From an uncultured Clostridia bacterium (GTDB lineage: Bacteria > Bacillota > Clostridia > Tissierellales > DATGTQ01): 64,000 nucleotides of DNA. The stretch lies in NCBI GenBank assembly GCA_964447805.1, contig CAYUTQ010000009.1:2025-66024 (forward strand), in the 5' to 3' direction. Under the pieces are notes generated by a model. It worked only from the letters and a program-made list of their open reading frames with translations, made no database searches and was not told the DNA's origin. Shown piece by piece: positions 1-7,279 of the stretch. The translations under genes and the position numbers were made by a program. Position 1 is the stretch's first letter. The number at the start of each line of letters is the position of its first letter.

Positions 1-134
1 CATCTTTTTCCATGGAAGATGTAACTTCTTTGTATTCCAATCATGTGACAAAAATAGTATCCTACAAAATGTTCATTTTATATTAAAAAAATAATCCTAG
101 TTGCAATATTGTTAAAATATATTTTATATATTAA

Positions 135-608
135 TTGTTAAGTGATACGATGAAAAAGAAATCCTCCCATCATTCAGTAATTGGAAAGAAGAATTGGAAA
201 AATATCGAAACTTTATATTCTATCTTAGTGGTAATATACTATGGAAAAGATAACTGGAATATAAAAACCACTTTTGGAGAAATGACAAATGGATACGAAG
301 AACTTCCAAAGGGCATAAAAAAATATGTTCTAAATTACAAATACTTACTTTATTATATATCAAGATATACAGATGAAGAAATAAAAGGAGAAGCATAACT
401 TAGAATAATACTTAACATATTTAGAGATGTATTTACAAAAGATAGCAGATGTCTGCAGGAATCTATTTTATAAGCTGTAGAATATCTTATAGAATTAGAA
501 GATAAACAGAGTGGAATAGAATATTTTGAAACTCTTATGATATATTATAGGTTTTTTAAAAATGTTAAAATTAATGATTTTGAAATACAGGTATTTATGT
601 TAAAATAA
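135..608 (+). pseudogene. Remnant of an Rpn-family (PD-(D/E)XK, Transposase_31-like) recombination-promoting nuclease/putative transposase; the nuclease core is missing and the tail is broken by stops
   Basis: ORF 135..398 (ILVVIYYGKDNWNIKTTFGEM...YKYLLYYISRYTDEEI) resembles the central region of Rpn/YhgA-like proteins. A similar-looking translation continues in pieces across stop codons to 608. There is no room or coding signal upstream for the N-terminal nuclease domain. Confidence 0.4.
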
Positions 609-697
609 ATTATGTAGCCGATTTTTGTTTATATTATAACAAACTAATCATATTTGCAAATAAGAAATGGTTAGCTTTAAATTTGAGGAGAGATAAA

Positions 698-1588
698 ATG
701 AGTGAAAGAATAAAGTCATTTATTAAAGATTTACCAATTTTAACAGTAGGTATGTTTATTGGGGCAGTAGCTGTACATTTTTTTTTGATACCAAGTAAAT
801 TAATTATTGGTTCTATTACTGGTTTATCAATAGTAATTAATTTGCTTACATCAATACCATTGTCAGTATTAATTTTTATTATAAATGCATTTTTGTTAAT
901 TTTATCTTACTTTCTTATTGGAAAAGAATTTGGTATTAAAACTATATATTCAGCGTTGATTTTGTCACCTATGCTTGCAATACTAGAAAAATTATGTCCA
1001 ATTAAACGATCATTGATGCAGGATCAGTGGTTAGATCTTTTGTGTTTTGTATTGCTTTTGAGTTTTTCACAAACGATTTTATTTAGACGTAATGCATCAA
1101 CTGGTGGTTTAGATATTATAGCTAAAATTGTAAACAAATATTTTCATGTTGATTTAGGCGTATCAGTTTCTATTGCAGGGGCAATTATTTGTTTTACTGC
1201 AATTTTTGTATATGATATAAGGACAGTAATCATAGGATTAATTGGAACTTATCTCAATGGATTAATATTGGAGCATTTTATGATAGGATTTTATTCTAGG
1301 AAAAGGGTTTGTGTTATTTCTAAAGATTATCAGTTAATTCGTAAATTTATAATAGAAGATATGCAGCGAGGTGCAACATTATATCCAATTAAAGGGGGAT
1401 TTGGATCTGAGGACAACTTTGAAATTCAAAGTTTAATGACACGAAATGAATTTTCTTATCTTATGGAATTTATTAAAAAAGAACAAATTGATGCATTTAT
1501 TACGGCAGGAACAGTTAGTGAAATTTATGGTAATCTTGGAGTAAAGGGAATCAAAAGTAAACCAAAAGTATTACTTGAAAACAAATAA
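698..1588 (+). CDS. YitT-family integral membrane protein (C-terminal DUF2179-like domain)
   Basis: Multi-TM N-terminal half plus the C-terminal segment ATLYPIKGGFGSEDNFEIQSLMTRNEF...DAFITAGTVSEIYG. A GAGGAG RBS lies at 685-690 and the ATG at 698; the track ORF starts at an upstream in-frame TTG at 683. Confidence 0.8.
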   Translation: MSERIKSFIKDLPILTVGMFIGAVAVHFFLIPSKLIIGSITGLSIVINLLTSIPLSVLIFIINAFLLILSYFLIGKEFGIKTIYSALILSPMLAILEKLCPIKRSLMQDQWLDLLCFVLLLSFSQTILFRRNASTGGLDIIAKIVNKYFHVDLGVSVSIAGAIICFTAIFVYDIRTVIIGLIGTYLNGLILEHFMIGFYSRKRVCVISKDYQLIRKFIIEDMQRGATLYPIKGGFGSEDNFEIQSLMTRNEFSYLMEFIKKEQIDAFITAGTVSEIYGNLGVKGIKSKPKVLLENK

Positions 1589-1696
1589 AAATATCTATTA
1601 GTTTATATACCCCAAAGTTTAGACAATAATTAAAGTGTCTCCAAAAAGTTAGATTTTTTCTAAAGTAGAGATTGATATGATTTTTGATACAAGGGA

Positions 1697-1832
1697 ACGG
1701 TTTGAGACCACTGAAAAAGTACTTAATTTGTCATTTTGAGTGTTAGCGAAGAATTGCTAAGTGGCATAAAATCAAGATTCTTCACCTTCGATTCAGGATG
1801 ATAACTTGACTCTTTCAGCAGTTTCGAATCGT
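1697..1832. repeat. Nested imperfect inverted-repeat element (REP/MITE-like long hairpin)
   Basis: The outer arms 1697..1720 and 1809..1832 pair at 21 of 24 positions including G-U. The inner arms 1731..1754 and 1777..1801 pair at about 20 positions. The loop is about 22 nt and a T-rich tract follows. Confidence 0.6.
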
Positions 1833-1955
1833 ATTTTTATGTTTTTGGATAAAAGAGGTTATTTTTTTTTATGTGAGATATGATAAAATACAATCATAAA
1901 TAATGAGCCAATGTACTATAAATTGTTAAAATATATTAGTAAGAGGTGCTAGTAA

Positions 1956-4043
1956 ATGTTATATAAAAAAATATTAGAACTTATAAAACAATATACAGAA
2001 AAATATTTTTTAGATTTAAATAATTTGGATTATTTTACATCCACTTATATTAGTGAAAAAATGAGTATTAAAAGAAATACAGCAAGTCATTATTTAAATA
2101 AATTAAATAAAGAGGGTATATGTATAAAAACTAATACAAGACCTGTTTATTTTTTTCATAAAAAAACTTTGGAAGATAAATATGGTGAGATTAATAAGTT
2201 CGTATTTGATTCTATTGAAGAATTAGAAACTAATATACTATCAACGAATTATATTAATGATTCTTTTAAAACTTTAATAGGGTACAAAGGAAGTCTTAGA
2301 AATCAGGTAGAGCAATGTAAATCAGCAATATTATATCCTCCAAAAGGGTTACCTACTTTGTTAACTGGAGCATCAGGTACAGGAAAATCTTTTATGGCAG
2401 AAAAAATGTATGAATATGCTGTTCAAGAGGGTATTGTTGCTAAGAATGCTCCATTTATAATATTTAATTGTGCACAATATGCCAATAACCCAGAATTGAT
2501 TTCATCGAATCTTTTTGGATATGTAAAAGGAGCTTTTACAGGAGCTGATAAAGATTGTAATGGTGTTTTGGAAAGTGCAAATGGGGGATTCTTATTTTTA
2601 GATGAAGCTCATAGATTAAATGCAGAAGGACAGGAAAAGTTATTTATTTTAATGGATAAAGGTGTTTATAGAAGAATGGGAGAATCAGATGGTTATCATA
2701 AAGTAGATGTAAGACTTATTTTTGCTACTACAGAAAATGTAAAAGATGTATTTTTAGATACATTTATTAGAAGAATACCATTAATAATTAACATTCCAAC
2801 ACTAGAAGAAAGAGGAAAAATAGAAAAAAAAGAGTGTATCTATAAATTTTTTCATGAAGAATCTAAGAAAATAGGCAAAAATATATTGGTTAGTCCCCAT
2901 GTAGTCCAAGTATTGTTAGAACATGAGTTTAATGGAAATTTTGGAGAATTAAAAAATGTTATAAAGAGTATGTGTGCTTTAGCCTTTATAAGGCAAAGGA
3001 AAAAAGAAAGTATAAAAATAAGTTTAACTTTACTTCCTTTTAATGTATTTGTAACGTTAATTAAAAATAATAATATAGAAACTTTAACGGAAGATGATTA
3101 TATATTATTTGAATTAGATAAAAAAATGCCAACTATTCAAAAAAAAGTTTCAGTAGAAGATAATGTAATACCTAATATGTATAAAAAAATTGTATATCAA
3201 TTAAAAAAATATGAAAATAGTGAAATTGAATTTAATAAATTAAATGAAAATATAGCTTGTATAATGTATGATTGTTTTACTAAAATAGTTTTTTTTAGGA
3301 ATGAATATTTTAATGAAAATAAGCTTAGATTAAAATATATTAAAACCTCAATAGCTAAAGTTTTTAATTTTTTCAAAAAAAATTATGGAACTTGTTTTAC
3401 TAGAAATGATGTAATAGCATTTTCTTATTATATTTATTATAGAAGTTATATAGATTTTGATAATAGTATGAAGAAATCAGAAAAGGAAATAACAGATATT
3501 TTAGTATCTAAGGAATTTATAGATGAATATAAAATGGCTGAAAGAATAATAAATGTTTTAAATAGAAACTTTGATATTTTATTAACTTTTGAAGATAAAA
3601 TAATAATAATTTTTTATTTAAAAAATATAAAGATAAAACGTGTATCAAATAGGGTAAAATGTATGATTATAACACATGGCTATTCTACTGCCAGTAGTTT
3701 AGCTAATATTGGGAACCATAGATATAGAAGAATTTTATTTGAAGCTTTTGATATGCCTTTAAATGTATCTAAAGATAAAATAATAGAAGAAATTAAAAAC
3801 TATATAGATAATGTTAATATTTCCAATGGTTTAATAGTTTTGGTAGATATATGTCCAATATCAGAAGTTTATAATGAAATATTGAAATTCACAACAAAAC
3901 CAGTAGCTATAATGAATAATGTATCTACTCAAATGGTTTTAGATGTGGGTAATATGATAAATAAAGGTTTAGATATGAAGACTATAGTAGAAAATATAGA
4001 TAGAAATGAAGATAATAAAAAGATATTAATTGCACATTCATAA
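1956..4043 (+). CDS. Sigma-54-dependent transcriptional activator, LevR-like (HTH, AAA+, PRD-like region, EIIA-Man-like domain)
   Basis: Walker A GASGTGKSF, the GAFTGA loop (GYVKGAFTGADKD), Walker B FLFLDEAHRL, and a C-terminal MIITHGYSTASSLANIG...LIVLVDI segment typical of PTS EIIA(Man) modules. RBS AAGAGGTG precedes the ATG. Confidence 0.85.
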   Translation: MLYKKILELIKQYTEKYFLDLNNLDYFTSTYISEKMSIKRNTASHYLNKLNKEGICIKTNTRPVYFFHKKTLEDKYGEINKFVFDSIEELETNILSTNYINDSFKTLIGYKGSLRNQVEQCKSAILYPPKGLPTLLTGASGTGKSFMAEKMYEYAVQEGIVAKNAPFIIFNCAQYANNPELISSNLFGYVKGAFTGADKDCNGVLESANGGFLFLDEAHRLNAEGQEKLFILMDKGVYRRMGESDGYHKVDVRLIFATTENVKDVFLDTFIRRIPLIINIPTLEERGKIEKKECIYKFFHEESKKIGKNILVSPHVVQVLLEHEFNGNFGELKNVIKSMCALAFIRQRKKESIKISLTLLPFNVFVTLIKNNNIETLTEDDYILFELDKKMPTIQKKVSVEDNVIPNMYKKIVYQLKKYENSEIEFNKLNENIACIMYDCFTKIVFFRNEYFNENKLRLKYIKTSIAKVFNFFKKNYGTCFTRNDVIAFSYYIYYRSYIDFDNSMKKSEKEITDILVSKEFIDEYKMAERIINVLNRNFDILLTFEDKIIIIFYLKNIKIKRVSNRVKCMIITHGYSTASSLANIGNHRYRRILFEAFDMPLNVSKDKIIEEIKNYIDNVNISNGLIVLVDICPISEVYNEILKFTTKPVAIMNNVSTQMVLDVGNMINKGLDMKTIVENIDRNEDNKKILIAHS

Positions 4044-4111
4044 AAGAAAATGTTTAGGAGATTGTTAAAAAGTTTAAAAATCTATTAAAAAGTAATTAAA
4101 ATAAAATTGAA

Positions 4112-4188
4112 TAGTGTCATAAAAAAATAAATCCGTCCTGGGCATTGATTTTTTATTGCCTTGGACGGATTGCTTTGTAATGACACTA
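4112..4188. promoter_or_regulatory. Composite palindrome just upstream of the sigma-54 promoter (candidate activator UAS and/or terminator of the regulator gene)
   Basis: TAGTGTCAT (4112..4120) and ATGACACTA (4180..4188) are exact inverted repeats. They enclose the hairpin ATCCGTCCTGGGCA (4131..4144) / TGCCTTGGACGGAT (4157..4170). Confidence 0.5.
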
Positions 4189-4192
4189 ATAT

Positions 4193-4208
4193 TGGCATGA
4201 ATTTTGCT
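4193..4208 (+). promoter_or_regulatory. Sigma-54 (-24/-12) promoter
   Basis: TGGCAT-gaatt-TTGCT matches TGGCAC-N5-TTGCW. The GG at 4194-4195 and GC at 4206-4207 are spaced 12 nt apart. The site lies about 80 nt upstream of the transporter ATG and directly downstream of a sigma-54 activator gene. Confidence 0.8.
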
Positions 4209-4285
4209 TATTATATTAGTGGTGATAAAAAATATTAACTATATCACCTAAAAATTAAAATAACATATTATTAGGAGGGTATTTA

Positions 4286-5476
4286 ATGGAAAAAAAGAAG
4301 AGTTTAGGCCTTTTTCCAAGGCTGATTATTGCAATTATTTTGGGTATAATTTTTGGAAAGATTTTCCCAATACCTTTATTACGTGTTTTAATTACATTTA
4401 ATTCTGTGTTTGGGAACTTCTTAAATTTTGTTGTTCCTCTTATTGTAGTAGGTTTTGTTGTTCCAGGAATAGCAGATCTTGGCAAAAATGCTGGAAAATT
4501 ATTAGGCTTTACAGTTTTTTTGGCATATGCGTCTACAGTAATTGATGGTATATTTGCTTATGGTGTTTCTAAAACAGTATTACCTAAAATTATTGATTTT
4601 AGTAAGTATGCAGTAAAAGGAAACTTTGATGAAAAACTTTTAGAACCATTTTTTGAAATAGAAATGCCACCTTTGTTTAATATTATGTCTGCTATATTAA
4701 TTGCATTTATATTAGGAATTGGAATTGCAAAAATAAAGAATAAAACTATGATGGATTTCTTTAATGGATTTCAGGATATAGTGAAAAATGTTATTGAAGC
4801 TATAATTATTCCATTTTTACCTATTTATATAGCAGGAATTTTTGCTAACATGACTTATGCTGGTCAAATAGCTGAAATATTATCTGTTTATGGTAGAGTT
4901 TTCATCATGGTACTAGTTGTTCAATGGATAGTAATTTTAATTGAATTTTCTATTGCCTCAATTTATAGTGGCAAAATTGGAGTAAAAGAGTTTATAAAAA
5001 ATCAAGTTCCTGCATATTTTACAGCAATTGGTACTCAATCTTCAGCAGCAACAATACCTGTAAATCTTGAGACTGCTAAAGCTAATGGAGTATCAAAGGG
5101 AGTTAGGGAATTTGTTATACCTCTTTGTGGTACAATACATCTTTCTGGAAGCTCCATAGCACTTACTATATTTTCTGTTTCAGTAATGATGATGCATTCA
5201 ATGCCAGTGTCATTTGGTAAAATGTTAGGTTTTATTCTTATGATGGGAATAACATTGGTAGCAGCACCTGGTGTACCTGGAGGTGCAGTTATGGCAGCTT
5301 TAGGGTTATTACAAGGAATGTTAGGATTTAGTGAAGCTCAATTGGCACTTATGATTGCTCTTTATATTTCACAAGATAGCTTTGGAACAGCATGTTGTGT
5401 TTGTGGAGACAATGCTATAGCAGTAATGGTTGATAAAAAAGCTAGTAATATGCATTTAGATATGCCAGAAGATTAA
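4286..5476 (+). CDS. Dicarboxylate/amino acid:cation symporter (DAACS family)
   Basis: About 8-10 TM protein with DAACS-like segments (GTQSSAATIPV, LCGTIHLSGSSIAL, APGVPGGAVMAAL). RBS AGGAGGG is upstream. Confidence 0.8.
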   Translation: MEKKKSLGLFPRLIIAIILGIIFGKIFPIPLLRVLITFNSVFGNFLNFVVPLIVVGFVVPGIADLGKNAGKLLGFTVFLAYASTVIDGIFAYGVSKTVLPKIIDFSKYAVKGNFDEKLLEPFFEIEMPPLFNIMSAILIAFILGIGIAKIKNKTMMDFFNGFQDIVKNVIEAIIIPFLPIYIAGIFANMTYAGQIAEILSVYGRVFIMVLVVQWIVILIEFSIASIYSGKIGVKEFIKNQVPAYFTAIGTQSSAATIPVNLETAKANGVSKGVREFVIPLCGTIHLSGSSIALTIFSVSVMMMHSMPVSFGKMLGFILMMGITLVAAPGVPGGAVMAALGLLQGMLGFSEAQLALMIALYISQDSFGTACCVCGDNAIAVMVDKKASNMHLDMPED

Positions 5477-5601
5477 ATTAATTTTAAAAACTGAATATTA
5501 GAAGAAAAATAGAGGAATAACTATAACAAAGGGAGGTGAAATGTTGCTAAAAGATTTATATAATACTATAATATTTTATAATCTTTTGGTAACGAATATA
5601 T

Positions 5602-6519
5602 ATGTTGAAAATTGCTAGAGATAAAGTAATTTATGAAATGTCAAAAAATCATAAACCTATAGCTCAAGTTGAACTTGAAGAGAAATTTGTAGTAGCAACT
5701 CATGATTGTTATACTGGTGTACTTCAAAGAGAAAATCAACCAGGTAGCAGTGTGCCATGGGAAAAAATAAATCCTGCTACTGGTCCTATTTATGTAAAAG
5801 GGACTGAGGTTGGAGATGTATTAGTAGTAAATATTGAGAAGATAGATATAGAATCTAAATGTGTTATGGCAACACAACCAGGTTTAGGTGTACTAGGTGA
5901 TGAACTTAAAGAAGAAACTACAAGAATATTAGATGTTGTTGATGATGAACTTATTTTCAATGATAGAGTTAAGCTTCCTATAAGACCAATGATAGGAGTT
6001 ATAGGTACAGCTCCAAAGGAAGATCCAGTACCATGTGGTACTCCAGAAGTTCACGGAGGAAATATGGATTGTGCAGAAATTGTTGAAGGAATAAAATTAT
6101 ATTTACCAGTATTTCATGAGGGAGCTCTTCTTTCTTTAGGAGATGTTCATGCTGTAATGGCTGATGGAGAAGTATCTGTAACAGGAGCTGAAGTTCCAGC
6201 AGAAGTAACTTTGAGTTGTGAAGTAATAAAAAAAGGTCAAGAGTATCTTCCATATCCTATGGTAGTAAATAAAGATAAAGTAATGGTAATTCATTCTGAT
6301 GAAACTCTTGAAAAAGCTGTGAAAGGAGCTATAAAAGATTCTATAATGTTTTTAGAAACAAATTATGGTGTGGGAGAAGAAGAATCTTTGAGGCTTTTAA
6401 GTTTAGTAGGAGATACAAGAATTTGTCAGGTAGTAGATCCTTTAATGACTGTAAGAGTAGAAATACCTAAAATGGTATTAGAACAATTAGGAAATGTGAA
6501 TGGAAAATTAAATTTATAA
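5602..6519 (+). CDS. Acetamidase/formamidase-family amidohydrolase
   Basis: FmdA/AmdA-like motifs are present: TGPIYVKGTEVGDVL, PEVHGGNMDC, GDVHAVMADGEV. There is no obvious SD before the ATG at 5602 (see the uORF finding). Confidence 0.75.
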   Translation: MLKIARDKVIYEMSKNHKPIAQVELEEKFVVATHDCYTGVLQRENQPGSSVPWEKINPATGPIYVKGTEVGDVLVVNIEKIDIESKCVMATQPGLGVLGDELKEETTRILDVVDDELIFNDRVKLPIRPMIGVIGTAPKEDPVPCGTPEVHGGNMDCAEIVEGIKLYLPVFHEGALLSLGDVHAVMADGEVSVTGAEVPAEVTLSCEVIKKGQEYLPYPMVVNKDKVMVIHSDETLEKAVKGAIKDSIMFLETNYGVGEEESLRLLSLVGDTRICQVVDPLMTVRVEIPKMVLEQLGNVNGKLNL

Positions 6520-6544
6520 TATATAGGTGAATTAACTATTTCGA

Positions 6545-6584
6545 AAAGTCTTAATTAGATTTAAATCTAGTTAAGACTTTTTTG
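6545..6584 (+). terminator. Rho-independent terminator of the transporter-amidase operon
   Basis: AAGTCTTAATTAGATTT / AAATCTAGTTAAGACTT stem followed by TTTTTT. Confidence 0.75.
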
Positions 6585-7104
6585 TCGATCTTTCTTAGTT
6601 GCTTTTTATATATTAATTTAGTAAGAGATACAAAATATATAAAAAAGAAGGTCTATATTTAAATTATATAGGATAGTTTAAATATAAAATAATTAATTTA
6701 TGAATTTGAAATAAAGGGTATTTTAAATGAAAGTTGATATTAAATTTAATAATAATTTTACAAAAGAGCATTTCTTTTGTTTAAGATAATATTTTATCAT
6801 AAAATCTTAAATATTTTGATATTACTTTTTCAGTGATTTCAATGTTCTCATGGTTAATTTTAATATATATAAGATTTTCAAGTTTACTAATAAAAAAGAT
6901 ATAGATAATATGAAAACAAAAATATATGGAAGAGAAAATAAAAATCATTAGATTATTTGGTAGCGAAAATAAGATATTAAAAATGGTAAAAAAATTTGTA
7001 TAAATATCTGTAAATAGAAAATTATGATAAGATATTATACTAGGAAAAAATCAAATTAAAATATATAGAAAAAAAGAGTATGAAAAATGATAATAGTTAA
7101 AAAA

Positions 7105-7152
7105 ATGTCGTCGACCTTCAATAGGTGAAAAACCCTAGGAGATCGACGACAT
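7105..7152. terminator. GC-rich 10-bp stem with a 28-nt loop flanked by A/T runs, upstream of the CRISPR leader (insulating terminator?)
   Basis: ATGTCGTCGA (7105..7114) pairs with TCGACGACAT (7143..7152). An A-run precedes it and TTTTAATTTTTT follows. Confidence 0.45.
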
Positions 7153-7236
7153 TTTAATTTTTTATAAAACATAGTAATAGCAATGCATAGGAGAAAAAAT
7201 GTTAAAAAATTGTAATTATTAAGAATTTTTATTTGT

Positions 7237-7265
7237 TTGACAAAAATAAAAGAATGTAGTATTAT
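7237..7265 (+). promoter_or_regulatory. SigA-type promoter in the CRISPR leader
   Basis: TTGACA (7237..7242), a 17-nt spacer, then TATTAT (7260..7265). The -10 element ends 14 nt before repeat 1. Confidence 0.65.
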
Positions 7266-7279
7266 TGAGATGTTCAAGT

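Noticed and set aside
4255-4485. Antisense shadow ORFs inside well-supported genes (for example 4255..4485, 5999..6253, 10406..10639, 15477..15836, 18936..19497, 20212..20418, 23005..23187)
   Set aside because: They lie fully within the opposite strand of long genes with clear family motifs. They have low-complexity composition and no RBS.
7056-7277. 73-aa minus-strand ORF in the CRISPR leader region
   Set aside because: It lies in very AT-rich non-coding DNA, spans the leader promoter and the 7105..7152 hairpin, and has no RBS and low-complexity Ile/Phe/Leu composition.
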